A stretch of DNA of 64,000 bases from Antedon mediterranea (GCF_964355755.1 NC_092671.1:25990070-26054069), one strand, 5' to 3'. Positions 13,112 to 25,900 are shown, numbered from the stretch's first letter. Made by a program: numbers and translations. The notes: a model not told the origin generated them from the sequence alone.

Positions 13112-16100
13112 TCATTGGCCTCGGGGAAGTAGGTTGTCCATGATAAGGACGACCGTGTCTTCCTGCAAGTTCTCCGACTCCCTCCACCACTTCTGCCTGA
13201 CCTGCAGGTTCGGCAAGTGGTGCCTGATAAAGTGTCTCCAGAAATGATTAATCAGCACCTGGCTATGTCTCCATCTTTTCTTCGTCAAAAGATCATGTTC
13301 GGTGTATATCACCTGTGGCATAACTGGATCTAGCCGTCCCATCAGAAGGATGTTGGGTGTAACCGCGTTGACATCCTTAGAGTCATTTGATACGTAACCC
13401 AGTGGTTTTGAGTTTAGTATACCTTCAACTTCTATAAGCAGGGTCATAAGAACTGGTTCTGTAACTAGCTGGTTGCCTATTGCTACTCTGAGAGCTGTCT
13501 TCGCACTCCTAACCGCTCTCTCCCATATTCCTCCGAAGTGAGGAGCGTTAGGAGGATTGTAGATGAATTCTACTTGAAACGGTCGTAGTTTGTCTCGAAG
13601 ATCAGCTGTCATCAGGTCGAAGGCTGACTTGAGTTCTTTGTCTCCCCCTTTGAAGTTAGTTCCACAATCACTGAAAATCTTAGCTGGTTGGCCCTTTCGC
13701 GCAACAAATCTGCGAAACGACAACAGGAATGCTTCCGTATTCATGCTCTCCAAAAGCTCTAAATGGATGGCGCCAACTGTCATACACTTGTAGACTATTC
13801 CCCATCTCCTTTCTGTTCTCCGTCCAACTTTCACAGACATGGGTCCGAAGCAGTCGATCCCGGTGCAGTGGAAAACAGGTTTGAATATTTGTAATCTTGC
13901 GGCCGGCAGGTCTCTCATCCGAGGAATGGTAGGATTTGCTCGCCACCTCTGACATTCTTGACAAAGTCGTTGTTGTCCTTTAACAGCTTCTCTGCCTCTG
14001 AGAATCCAGTATCTCCTTCTCAGGTCTGCTAGAACACGTTCTGGTCCAGGATGTAGCAACTTAGCGTCGGTATGTCGGATTATGAGTTTTGTGATGTAGT
14101 GCTTTGGATCAAGAATGATTGGGTGCTTCAATTGCTCTTGTATAGCATTTGCTTCACTCAATCGGCTACCTACTCTTATAAGACCAGCGTCATTGTCCCA
14201 TTCTGGACTTAATTGCTTCAGTCTACTACCTGTAGGTAGTGAGGTTCCAGTTTTCAGTGCTGTAACGTCTTCTGGAAAACAGCATCGTTGTACCATTCTC
14301 CAGGCTTCATTCTCAATTTGTTGAGGGGCCGCCCCATCAAACTTCCGGCCGAGCTGGAGCAACAGTGCATCAAAGTCCTTTAGGTGGCTGATCTCATTTG
14401 TAGCATCAACATTGACTAGCCCACAGAAAACACTTTTCTTGACTTCTGTGTCACCAGGTTGATCTTGGAGTTTGGGCATCACTGGCCAGTGGTCTGTAGC
14501 CTGAGCTAGAAAGGACGGTCCATATTTCCACCTGTGGTCGCTTGCGACTTCCTCTAAGGACATACCTCTTGTGATATCATCTGCTACATTCTGCTTTGTG
14601 GGCACATAGTGCCAGGTCATGTCTTTGGTTAAGTGGTTTATTTCTGTTACTCGAGTTCCGACGAAGACCTTGAATCTACAGGTTTCTGAAGTGAGCCACG
14701 TCAGTACCGTTGTGGAATCGCTCCACAGGTGCTTCGTACTAATAGGAATCTTCAAGGTTTGCTCCATGAAGTCCATCAGTCTTGCACCAACCAGTGCGGC
14801 GCAGAGTTCCAATTTTGGCATGCTTAACTGTTTCTTAGGAGCGACCTTGGATTTGGCTATAACGAATGCGGTTTCCACTTTCCCATCTCGCTCTCCGCGG
14901 ATGTAGCCGACTGCACCATAAGCTCTTTCGGAAGAATCGCAGAAGACATGTAACTGGTGAGTGGCATCCTTAAGTGTGAGATATCGTCTCGAGATGTTGA
15001 CCTGATCGATGTACTTAAGTTCGTCTTCCCATTGGACCCAGGAGGCTCGAATCTCGGAGTTAGTTATTTCTCTGTCCCAATCGATGTTATCCATATTCCA
15101 CAAGTCTTGGACTATAAGCTTGCCCCTAATAAGGAATGGAACCAAGAAGCCAATGGGGTCGTATTGTCTTGCTAGTGTCCGGTAAATATATCGCATTGTT
15201 ACAACATCTTGATGATCGTGATTCTGGCGGTATGTAAGTGAGTCAGATCCAGTATCCCAGCGCATACCCAACATAGGTTCTGCTTCATTAGTGTCTTGTT
15301 GGAACTCTAATATAGTGCAGGATGAGAGTGCTTCTTCAGGCAATCCCTTTAAAACCTCCGGTTTATTGCTAGCCCACTGTCTGACGTTGAAGCCAGCCAT
15401 GCTCAGTACAGTCCTGATGTCATGCACAAGGATTTCAGCTTCTTCTGTAGATTTCGTGCTATCCAAACAGTTGTCTACATAAAAGGCCTCCATGACGGAT
15501 CTTTTAACTTCTGGATATTGTTCACCATGCTCTACAGCTAGTTTCTGGAGTGGATAAGTAGCGCAGCACGGGCTACAGGTAGATCCAAATAACAGAGATA
15601 ACCATTGGTAGATGGTAGGTTGTTTAGTTTCATCACAATCCCTCCAGATGAAGCGGAACAGGGATTGGTCTTCTGGTTTTAGTCGTACCTGGTGGAACAT
15701 GGCTTTAATGTCGCCAGATATCGCTACTTCATGTTGGCGAAACCTCAGGATTACTCCGATGAGAGATGAACCCAAATTAGGTCCGGCTAGCAGATGCTTA
15801 TTCAAGTTCAGACCCTGGAATTCGTGGGAGCAATTGAACACTAATCTATGTTTACCTTTCTGTTCGATAACATAGTGAGGGACGAACCACGATTCCTCAG
15901 ACTTCTCGGCTTCTTCGGCTGTAATAATCTTCACTAGTTTATCGTCGACTAGCTTCTGGATTAATTGGTTGTGTTTCTCACGTCTTTCAGGCTTCTGGTT
16001 GTAGCACCTCTCCGTTCTCCTCATGTGTGGAATCACCGACTCAACACCAGCTCGGAATCGTGTACCGCTGTTATCACGCAACAGAGGAACCTCATAACGG

Positions 16101-18310
16101 TTCACTCCATCTACTTGAATCAGGTGTGTGGAATGGTCGAGATTGTTCACTGCCATTTGGTCGAGTCGAGAACGAGTTGCTGCCTTACTAGGAGGAAGTT
16201 CTTCCACCTGCCAAAGCCTTCTAACATCAGACTTCAGTTGTGATGACTCGCATAGGGTGAAGGTTGTTACAGTGACCGGTGGCTTGGTCAAAGGCATAGG
16301 AACTGGGCCATGCAATGTCCATCCAAACACTGTATGTACTGCTGCTGGAGAGTTAATGCCTAGCTGTATCATCGGGCTTCTATGCGTAAGCAAATGTACG
16401 TTGTCAGCTCCGATCATGACTAAAGGAAGTGCGTCAGTTATTTCTGGTAAAGGGACATCTTTCAGGTAATTGTAGTTCTCTTTGATCTCTCTTGTTGGGT
16501 ACGAGTAGGTCCCCAGTGTTAACAAGGTCGAAGAAAACGCATCGTCAAGGTTATATCTGTTGTGAGTCTCGCCTCTTGCCGATATTTGTACGTTTACACT
16601 CCGTCCAGGAACAGTGGTTGTTCCGTGTTCCACAGTTTTCAGAACAATGCTGTCTTCATGGCCCTGTATGTGTAGTTTATTCATTCCATCAGTGAGCAGC
16701 ATGGTTCTCATCGACCCATCATCTAAAACAGCGTAGGTATCAACTTGGCTGGTAGGACTGTATAATGTTACCGGGACGATTTTCAGGAATACGTCTCTGG
16801 GCTTGTACTGTTGACACAGACTGTAGAGTTGGTTGGTTGCCGCTGCTGGATTGGAAGGAGTGGACTGTTGAGATGCCGGTGACAGGGTGTCGTGCAAAAC
16901 TGTAAGATGCAGTTCAGAGCACATCTTACAACCCTTCCGAAGAGTACATTCGGTGGTAACATGTTTTCTAGCGCAATGTTTACAGCGATTGTTATTAGTG
17001 ATCCAATCCTTCATCTGGGATTTGCTTAGTTCTCTAAAGCTTTTGCAGCCCCCAAGGAAATGCTCGTTTCCGTTACAGTAAGGACAGAACATCCGAGGTA
17101 GTTTCTTGCTGTCTTTCGTATCTGTAAGGGTCATAGTTGTTGGTGGTCGGTGATTTCTTTGGTGATCCCTTTGGTTAGGTTTATCCTTTTCTGGCTTCTT
17201 AGCGGTTAGCACCCTTCCAAATACTGGATCTTCCTCTTTGTCCCTAGCCTTCTGAACAAATTCAAGTAGATGCTTGAGTGTAGCGGTGGTATGGTTCTCT
17301 TTCAACTTGAAATTGACGTCTTTCCACTTGTTTCGGAGGAATGTCGGTAAAATCTGCACAACTTTGGATAATCCCTCCATGGTATCCAGTTCCGAGAGTT
17401 TCCCCAAAGCTTCTAGGGTTCCGTAGCAGTTTCCTAGGTCATCTGCAAAATCTCCGAGTGTATCGAGGGTAACTGTCTCTCGCTTCAGTATTTTATCAGT
17501 CCAGGCCTTGGTTATTATGTTGGGGTCCCCAAACTTCTCTTTTAGCTTTTTAATGGCTGCTATGTAGCCTTCTTCGGCTGGTTTAAGGACACAATACTGT
17601 ATTGAAGAATATGCAGCACCCTCACATAATGAGAGTAGATGTTGTAACTTGACACCATCATCTGGGACTTGAGAAACGCTGCTCTTGTATGCTGTAATGA
17701 ATGCATGGTACCGTAGCGGGTCTCCTCTGAATTTTATCGGTTGGCTGCGGGGTAGAGCAATTGCCCGTAACAAGCCTTCCCAGTTGAAGGCGTTTGTGTC
17801 CAATGAACTACTGCTGGCTGTGGATAAATTAGGGTTAATGACATTATTATCGTTAACATTATCAACTTCAATAGCGGGATCACTTAAATTAACATCACTA
17901 ACATTATCATCATGAATATCATTTTGATTACTTGAAACTTCATCATTAATAACATTACTATTATTTACATTACTGTCATTTACTAAAACAACAGTCTCAT
18001 TTTGTTTCTTTTCTAAAGATCTAATACTGTTTCTTGTCTGTTCTATTTCAATCAAGAACTGGTCCTGGCAATCCTGCATCCATTTCTCTTCTGTGTTGTA
18101 GTCTTCCTCGCCCTCCACATGTTCGACTAATTCGTTATGCTTTAGTTCTACTACGGCGAAGAGGTCCTCTAATAAATCTGCCTTCCTTTTAATCTCTTCC
18201 AAATCTGGGTTCTCCAATGCAAGCATCCTCCTCAGTGCGTTGCCTTGTCTGGTTAAATTTCCTTTAGCATTACGTCTGTTGATTTTCAGTTGTTTCAATT
18301 CCTCCGCCAT
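13112..18310 (-). CDS. BEL/Pao gag-pol polyprotein (Gag with Cys/His knuckles, aspartic protease, RT, RNase H, integrase); premature stop removes the last 42 aa
   Basis: Gag knuckles CPYC..H...C and CKHC...H...C; protease AVLDDGS; RT GDIKAMFHQV, FGSTCSP, YVDN; RNase H HVFCDSSERAYG, PKLEL, WSDS; integrase GIDCFGP, SDCGTNF, GGIWER. Confidence 0.96.
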   Translation of the reverse strand: MAEELKQLKINRRNAKGNLTRQGNALRRMLALENPDLEEIKRKADLLEDLFAVVELKHNELVEHVEGEEDYNTEEKWMQDCQDQFLIEIEQTRNSIRSLEKKQNETVVLVNDSNVNNSNVINDEVSSNQNDIHDDNVSDVNLSDPAIEVDNVNDNNVINPNLSTASSSSLDTNAFNWEGLLRAIALPRSQPIKFRGDPLRYHAFITAYKSSVSQVPDDGVKLQHLLSLCEGAAYSSIQYCVLKPAEEGYIAAIKKLKEKFGDPNIITKAWTDKILKRETVTLDTLGDFADDLGNCYGTLEALGKLSELDTMEGLSKVVQILPTFLRNKWKDVNFKLKENHTTATLKHLLEFVQKARDKEEDPVFGRVLTAKKPEKDKPNQRDHQRNHRPPTTMTLTDTKDSKKLPRMFCPYCNGNEHFLGGCKSFRELSKSQMKDWITNNNRCKHCARKHVTTECTLRKGCKMCSELHLTVLHDTLSPASQQSTPSNPAAATNQLYSLCQQYKPRDVFLKIVPVTLYSPTSQVDTYAVLDDGSMRTMLLTDGMNKLHIQGHEDSIVLKTVEHGTTTVPGRSVNVQISARGETHNRYNLDDAFSSTLLTLGTYSYPTREIKENYNYLKDVPLPEITDALPLVMIGADNVHLLTHRSPMIQLGINSPAAVHTVFGWTLHGPVPMPLTKPPVTVTTFTLCESSQLKSDVRRLWQVEELPPSKAATRSRLDQMAVNNLDHSTHLIQVDGVNRYEVPLLRDNSGTRFRAGVESVIPHMRRTERCYNQKPERREKHNQLIQKLVDDKLVKIITAEEAEKSEESWFVPHYVIEQKGKHRLVFNCSHEFQGLNLNKHLLAGPNLGSSLIGVILRFRQHEVAISGDIKAMFHQVRLKPEDQSLFRFIWRDCDETKQPTIYQWLSLLFGSTCSPCCATYPLQKLAVEHGEQYPEVKRSVMEAFYVDNCLDSTKSTEEAEILVHDIRTVLSMAGFNVRQWASNKPEVLKGLPEEALSSCTILEFQQDTNEAEPMLGMRWDTGSDSLTYRQNHDHQDVVTMRYIYRTLARQYDPIGFLVPFLIRGKLIVQDLWNMDNIDWDREITNSEIRASWVQWEDELKYIDQVNISRRYLTLKDATHQLHVFCDSSERAYGAVGYIRGERDGKVETAFVIAKSKVAPKKQLSMPKLELCAALVGARLMDFMEQTLKIPISTKHLWSDSTTVLTWLTSETCRFKVFVGTRVTEINHLTKDMTWHYVPTKQNVADDITRGMSLEEVASDHRWKYGPSFLAQATDHWPVMPKLQDQPGDTEVKKSVFCGLVNVDATNEISHLKDFDALLLQLGRKFDGAAPQQIENEAWRMVQRCCFPEDVTALKTGTSLPTGSRLKQLSPEWDNDAGLIRVGSRLSEANAIQEQLKHPIILDPKHYITKLIIRHTDAKLLHPGPERVLADLRRRYWILRGREAVKGQQRLCQECQRWRANPTIPRMRDLPAARLQIFKPVFHCTGIDCFGPMSVKVGRRTERRWGIVYKCMTVGAIHLELLESMNTEAFLLSFRRFVARKGQPAKIFSDCGTNFKGGDKELKSAFDLMTADLRDKLRPFQVEFIYNPPNAPHFGGIWERAVRSAKTALRVAIGNQLVTEPVLMTLLIEVEGILNSKPLGYVSNDSKDVNAVTPNILLMGRLDPVMPQVIYTEHDLLTKKRWRHSQVLINHFWRHFIRHHLPNLQVRQKWWRESENLQEDTVVLIMDNLLPRGQ

Positions 18311-18314
18311 TTTT

Positions 18315-18332
18315 ATCCGGCTCGAGGGACCA
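18315..18332 (-). other. Primer binding site, tRNA-Tyr type
   Basis: TGGTCCCTCGAGCCGGAT immediately inside the 5' LTR, near-complementary to the tRNA-Tyr 3' end typical of BEL elements. Confidence 0.85.
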
Positions 18333-18971
18333 TGTAGAAATGTATGTACTGTTTTATCTGGTTCGGTAGTAGGTGGGTAGAATGACAGACAGAATGAAAC
18401 AAAGTAGTCAGCGTGTAAAACTCAAGGTAACTTTTAATAGGTAGTCCTCCACAGTATAGGTGATGAGGTTGCAAATTGACAAGGTGTCAATGTGGCTATT
18501 TGGCAATGTGGGTGTGTGCGTGTGCGTGTGCGTGTGTTCATTCATCACTACAAATACAAAATAAATGGAAACGGATAAGTAACAATAGTACCGGCAATAT
18601 TAGCATACGGGTCACGTGACCCAAACTGTCCGAGCGAGAGAGGCTCTCGCAGAGTACAAAACAATGAAAACAACGTGCGTCGGCCTAGAGAAGACGTCAC
18701 CTAAACTGACTAAAATATAACTTTTAAAATCTTTTTATCAACAATTACAGCCTATTACCAGGATTCCTGGTTTATATAAAAACAAGTAATAAGGTTAAAA
18801 AAAATTCAGAACTCACCAAAACACTATAATTTACATAATAATATGGTAATTGGAACGCTTCAGGCATGTTTATATGACATTAACTGCGAACGGGTGCGCG
18901 CACGCCAACGTCCGATATTCGAAGCATATTAATATATGCGCCCTCAACGGATGACATAAATCTTTACAACA
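18333..18971 (-). repeat. 5' LTR of BEL/Pao element
   Basis: Direct repeat of 12239-12877. Confidence 0.95.
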
Positions 18972-19315
18972 CATATTGTAGTTTAATACTGGCTTAAATA
19001 TTTTTGTTTTATATAAACTGTATTCTAAAAAATAGTTCTTTTCTAATGAAGAATCTGGGAAGTTTACAATCAAGCAACAACACCACATTCTACGTGAATT
19101 CTGCTGTACGTGAACTAGCCTTAATACCGCCTGATTACGGTATATAGGCCTACAGTAGTAGCTTCAGAATAAATGACGACGCATTTGTTTTACCTTGATA
19201 GACAGAGCCCCAAGCAGACAGCCCACATTACAGATAATCTGCTCTGCAGCACAATACAACTGTACACGCGGTGATTCAACTAAAAGCAGTAAAAAGATTT
19301 TGGCACACAAGGCGT

Positions 19316-19718
19316 ATCATATAATTTGCGGACCATGACCGAAGCACTTCCGCTTCGATCTATTCGACGAAAATAAAAAAAGGATAACTATTTTCTGCTT
19401 TATACTTAATTTAATGTAATGGTGATCTAATAACAGGCGTAACAACACATAATACATATTGTAGTTTAATACTGGCTTAAATATTTTCGTTTTATATAAA
19501 CTGTATTCTAAAAAATGACAATTTAGAACTTAATTTTTCAATAGTACCTAATTTGGCGCCTTAAACGCCAAATTAAGTGCGGTACCTCATTATTTTGGCA
19601 GTGGTACCTCATTTGGCGTGACACCCCTACTGTTCTGTATCCCGTTTGTCTTAATTTCCAAGTAAAAATGAGGTACCACCACGTAACTCCTTATGATTAG
19701 GCCTATTATCATAGAAGA
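19316..19718. repeat. Dispersed repeat, also at 1-289 and (split by the BEL element) at 12097-12238 plus 18972-19032
   Basis: Near-identical sequence, includes GGTACCTCATTTGGC subrepeats; supplies the empty site of the BEL insertion. Confidence 0.8.
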
Positions 19719-20514
19719 GTACTATACGGACGTCGTACCTGGAAATCACGAGAATTCAGTGTTTGTTGACCAATCATTTTTTAAAGAGCCGTATCTGACC
19801 ATTGCATTGCCCTGTCTGTAAAATTACAGCAGGCCTACTTTATATTATTGTGTTTTCCCTGTTTATCGATACCATGAAGGAAAACGTTTTTGTTCAATCA
19901 GAAAATTTTGCGAGATTTTTTTTAATGGATATTATAATTTATAGTTATAGTTAGTCACCTGATTTTTGTGGCAAATCATTAATAGTTTTGACATTGTTAG
20001 GGTTAGGGACTATAAGACAGATTTTGGTTGCATGATTGTGGAAAACCATCAATGTGGGTTTTTCTTCATACAAGCTACAGCCAAAATATAATAGGGGTAT
20101 ATATTTTTTCAAAGTCATCGTCAAACGCTGAGAGTCAATACAGTATTTCAAACGCATTCTTTCACCTCTAATTGCTCACATTTAATTAATAATATACTGA
20201 AATAAATTCCAGAAAACATTAACTTATTGTGTTTTGTTTTATTTATTGATCGTTGTTTATCGTTTGTAAACCACAGAAAACCACAACTATAAAGAATAGA
20301 ACATAAATTCACAAAATGCAACAAATTAATACAGTATTTGCGAGTGCAATCATGAAACATTAATATTATAAGTACTTTATCGAAACATATAAAAATAATT
20401 TTGCAGATAATAGCACGTTGATATAAAATTCTTTCTATTTACAAGGAATTCATTTAATATTTAAATTTATTTCAAACGAGTTTTATCCGGAAGATTCGGT
20501 AATTGAGTTGTCTA

Positions 20515-20640
<126 letters not shown>

Positions 20641-22699
20641 CTATCTGTAAAACTATAGCAAGTTATACACGTTGCTGTCTGCTATAAATGCTGTTTATTT
20701 GGAACAGTAGACTTGCGAACGTCTCGGTAACTACGATTAACTAGTAACAAGACCCTCATCCAGATTTAAAATATGGCTGATAAACAATCAACAACAATAT
20801 CCGGTAAGCGATTTTTTTTTCCGTACGTGAGTTCCTCCATCGGTTCGTTTCGGACTCAATCGACTCTTCGGTAAGCCACCGATGCTCACTGATGCGTGAC
20901 AGCAACCACAAGACAAAACGTGAGCAGCTTTTTTGCACGAGTGACAGATTTATACATACTAGAGGCCTAATACTATACTCACTGTAAATATAATAATAAA
21001 TATTAATACCAGTACATACTGAACGTCATTGTAATAATCTATATATAAATTTACGTAAGGGCAAAATTCGGTAAATCGCGCCTTACTTCTAGAATTTTCA
21101 CTCGATGGTATGTAAAGTTGGTTCGTACTTTCGGTACTGATTTTAACCGCCTGATGTAACCCTGTTTACTAATTAAATTGAGTTAAATAATTAGCTATTG
21201 ACGATTAAAACGAATTTAGGTTAAACGATTTGCCCCAAATAGGGGTGTTTTCCGATCGTGGTATACACTGTCTAATGGATGTCCGTCTTGAAAAATACCC
21301 GCCAAAAAAATGCGAGGAGGCTTCGCATTTTTCTATCTCCTCCTACGATAATTGTTTTTAATAGCTGAAAACCGGTTGAACAGCTAGAGTACACCATCAT
21401 AATGTTGAAGACAGGCCGATTTTCTTTAAAAAATACTATTTTGATAGATTTAATATACGATTATACAAATGTATTGATTTGCGATGAATGGAACATCCCA
21501 ATCTCTCAGTCTGCCAGAGTTTGGTTTAACACAAGTACTGTAGGTAAATTTATGAGCCCTTGAACACATACGGTAGGTAAATATATGGGCCCTTTGAGAA
21601 TAAACTTGCAATAGGTTCGGAAAATGTTAAAAACCAATTTCTATTATTTGAATCGGTAAACAGTTTCCATTTATTATACATTGATAATGAAACATGAAAT
21701 ATTCCTATTTATGTCCCTCGAGGTTCATTACAATTTATATTTAGTAGTCCCACGGACTTCATCTTAGCCACTCCCCCGAGTGCTAAGGCCAAATTTATGA
21801 TACCCTACTTTCTATGTAAGTTTAGTTACAGTTAGTTCTTGACGATAATACAACGAATTTAGGTTACACCCTTCGGCCGCGAAAACGTTTCTGTACAAAT
21901 ATGATACCGATTGGCTTTATTTCATTCAACAGCGACCATAATCTCGCCAATTACAGGATAGATAAACTATTTTATTATTGATGTGCTTATAAATTAAGAC
22001 TCATGTAAACAGCTTGATTACATCATTTTACAGACAAACGAAACTTTTAAACCTACTGTTTCAATAACTGAGTATAATACTGTATACGTTTTCATAAGTA
22101 AGTGCATATACATTTTCGTGTTTTCATTGACGAGATTGTAATAGTAACTTCAGTAACTATTACAGTACTTATTTATTATACGACACAAGACAATTGTATC
22201 TGACAGGTACGTACATTATTCTAAAAAATAAGTCTAGATAGATCCCTTAGGCGTCATAAATCACAGGCCAACAAATCAGTACTCATGACAGAAATTCGAC
22301 CCAGTTTGGTTCACACAAATATTTACAGGAATTTCAACACCACAACCGATGATTTGCCCTAAATATTTAGGTAGACTACAGTTTAATTTTTCACTGAATA
22401 GGAGCTTGCATTTCCGATTTTCATTTCGCAGAATGTCTAGGTCTATTTATTTAGTTTGGTTCTTATAATATATAAATACAATCAACTTTATTACTGCGGT
22501 TCCATCACCACCACCACGTGTCGCCCAATTCCCGTACATACATTTCCATTTCTCCCTAATTTCTTTAATCCACATAAATTAATTGTCCTTTATGGAATCC
22601 AGTATTGGTTTTGTTGTCTCTATTTCTGAATACCCCAATTAGTACGGGGCGCCGTTTGGGACATTGCTAATTTTGTCGAAATATTACAATTTTGTCTAC

Positions 22700-23216
22700 A
22701 CATAATTAATTTTGTCAATACAAAATTCATTTTGTCAACACAAAATTCATTTGGTATTGACAAAATTCATTTTTTGTTGACAAAATTTATTCTGTGTGGA
22801 CAAAATTCATTTTTTCTCGACAAAATTAATTCTGTGTAAAAAAAATTCATTCTGTGTAGACAAAATTAATTCTGTGTTGACAAAATTAATTCTGTGTAGA
22901 CAAAATTCATTCTGTAACGACAAAATTCATTTTGTGGCGACAAAATTCATTCTGTAACGACAAAATTCATTCTGTGTGGACAAAATTAATTCTGTGTAGA
23001 CAAAATTCATTCTGTGTAGACAAAATTCATTCTGTAACGACAAAATTAATTCTGTGTGGACAAAATTAATTCTGTGTAGACAAAATTCATTCTGTGTAGA
23101 CAAAATGAATTTTGTTGCAACAAAATTCATTTTGTCGAGACAAAATAAATTTTGTCGCGACAAAATAAATTTTGTCGCGACAAAATAAATTTTGTCGCGA
23201 CAAAATAAATTTTGTT
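22700..23216. repeat. 20-bp minisatellite (GACAAAATTAATTTTGTC + 2 nt) in left TIR
   Basis: Strict 20-bp period, near-palindromic unit. Confidence 0.95.
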
Positions 23217-23673
23217 AGCCGAGCCTACTCAAGCGTGGAACAAAACGTTTTTTAAAACATTTTGTCCCACGCTTGAGTAGGCTCCGTTTTAATATTTAAA
23301 TTAGAAGTCGGAGTTTAAACGTGAAAAGGGCAAGACAGGGTGAAGCTATCTTTGACATTTGTTATTGGTTAAGTTATTATGGCTGAGCATGCCTCCGTCT
23401 CTATTGCTATCATATTAATCTATTTTATAATATCAGGGAACCCCTGAAAATATCAGATATGATCAGTATTCATACTTTGACAATTTAATATCTACGTCGT
23501 CAGTAATAATTATTATTATAATGTATTCTATATTAAAAAATCGGAAAATGGTTTTCATTAGAGCCCTGCTTATTACTTAAGTAAAATTGTAGTAATGGGG
23601 CTATTTAATATTTTGTCGTTTAAAATATTATTTATTAATCTTATAAAATGTATATACTTTATTTTAAAATTAA

Positions 23674-23998
23674 AGATGTATTGTCTCCCAAAATCATGAA
23701 AAATAAAGAATAGGCCATTATGCAGTTTTAATGAAGTTGTTCACTTCCATAAGAAAAAAGAACGGGGAAAAAAATTATTTCAACTATAAAAAGACAAAAT
23801 AAACAGTTAAATTACCCAAAAACTCATTGGCTTCCAGACAATTTGACAATTTTTTGCTTTAAATTACAGTTTTTTCAGGTAAATAATTTTTTTTCAGACC
23901 CAATTTTTTGTGAAAGTGAATAACTATTATGTGACATTAAAATAACATATTCAACAAAAAGATTTAAAAAAAACATTTTTTCAGGGGACAATATATCT
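23674..23998. mobile_element. MITE with TTAA TSD (Kolobok-like AG..CT termini)
   Basis: TTAA|AGATGTATTGTCTCCC ... GGGGACAATATATCT|TTAA. Confidence 0.7.
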
Positions 23999-25373
23999 TT
24001 AAGATAATAATAATCATTGCAGAAAGAAAAAAAAAGCATTTAAAGAACTGAGTACAAAAGATTGCTCACGTTAGTTTTATTATAACAATCATCCACCCTG
24101 CGAAACCTAATAACCTTTAACCTACAGTAGTAAGTAGGCCAGGTAGCCTATGTTGGCTAGGTTCAGGACTGATTGCCCATAAAACCTTCGATGTATAAAT
24201 ATCAACACCCCAGACAGTGTAATAATGACCTTTCCAGACCGAAAACCATTCTGCCCGAAATTACAATACTTTCTCGATACAACTCCATATTTTATTAGTG
24301 GAAAATGCATTTTTATTTAAAATCAATCTTATCAAGCCAGGCAAAGACTGAATACGTACATTAAAAGTACAAAGAACAATGTAAACCTATAAACAAGTAT
24401 TTGCAATTACCAATGTATAATAAATAAAATCAATCATGGAGAAGGTGGAAAGATTATATACACTGCCATGGGAATGGATACTTGAGTGGCGCCATAGTTG
24501 CGTGAACACCCATATAACTATTTGGTCAAAGTTAAATTATATCTTTCGAGGGTGTAAATATATAATAATATGCAACCGAGAGTAAAATTAATAGTTAAAC
24601 GTAAATTTTAAATTAAATTTAACTTTTTAACGACAATTTGCAATATCATAATCTATGGCGTACCAAACTGTCATTTATTTAGGCAACTAAAATATCTTAG
24701 TTTTTAATAGATGTAGTTAGTTTACAATATATATCTTAGGTTCCAATAGAGATATATCCCTGTTATAACCAAGATATCTTTTCAATAAAGATATCTCTAT
24801 TATTCCAATTAATATATGTCTTAAGAGATATATCATAGTTTTGTTCCCTTGAGTTAGGCCTATTAGCAATTCCTATCAAATAAACTTGGTAGGCCTATAT
24901 AGACGACGCAATTCCCATAAGAATAAATAGGCCTATACTAACTATTATATTAAAATAAATGTAATAACTAAAATCATTTCATTACTACTCAACTTATCAG
25001 ATGTTATCGTAAATAGTGTTGTCATTTTCTTTATCAATATTAATATCGGTATCGATATAAATCTTCAACCATCTTTAATATTTATTACTAAAATTGGTAG
25101 GCATATAGGGCTACCCCGGAGGGCTACGTGTTCCGTTTTGCTGAATCGGAATTAATTTTAAGTATACAATAATATTGTTATACGTCAGTATAAACTGTAC
25201 TTATACTCGACGCAAAGTATTCAAGTTCACCGGTGTAGAGGAGGTCGTAAAATGATATTCGCGAGCTGTTTGATCGTAGGCCTATAACTGTCAATATTCG
25301 AGTTTCCAATAACAACCCCGCCTTCTAATTTAAATGTTAAAACGTTTTGTCCCACGCTTGAGTAGGCTCGGCT

Positions 25374-25900
25374 AACAAAATTTATTTTGTCGCGACAAAA
25401 TAAATTTTGTTGCAACAAAATGAATTTTGTCTACACAGAATGAATTTTGTCTACACAGAATGAATTTTGTCTACACAGAATAAATTTTGTCTACACAGAA
25501 TACATTTTGTCGCCACAGAATTAATTTTGTCTACACAGAATTAATTTTGTCAACACAGAATTAATTTTGTCTACACAAAATGAATTTTGTCGTTACAGAA
25601 TGAATTTTGTCGCCACAAAATGAATTTTGTCTACACAGAATTAATTTTGTCAACACAGAATTAATTTTGTGTACACAGAATGAATTTTGTTTACACAGAA
25701 TTAATTTTGTCGAGACAGAATTAATTTTGTCGAGACAGAATTAATTTTGTCGAGACAAAATGAATTTTGTCAAGACAAAATTAATTTTGTCCACACAGAA
25801 TAAATTTTGTCAACACAAAATGAATTTTGTCAATACAAAATGAATTTTGTGTTGACAAAATGAATTTTGTATTGACAAAATTAATTATGTGTAGACAAAA
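25374..25900. repeat. 20-bp minisatellite in right TIR (inverted copy)
   Basis: Reverse complement of the 22700-23216 array, with its own unit variants. Confidence 0.95.

Larger units (their letters stand above)
12239..18971 (-). mobile_element. BEL/Pao LTR retrotransposon, nearly intact
   Basis: Two 639-bp TG...CA LTRs, tRNA-Tyr PBS, PPT-like AGGGGCGGC, and a single gag-pol ORF with BEL domain order. Confidence 0.97.

Noticed and set aside
13002-17915. Short antisense and alternative-frame ORFs inside the BEL element
   Set aside because: Shadows of the gag-pol ORF with no motifs.
22700-25900. 20-bp palindromic repeat arrays as CRISPR
   Set aside because: No unique spacers, no cas genes, eukaryotic context; they are TIR-internal minisatellites.
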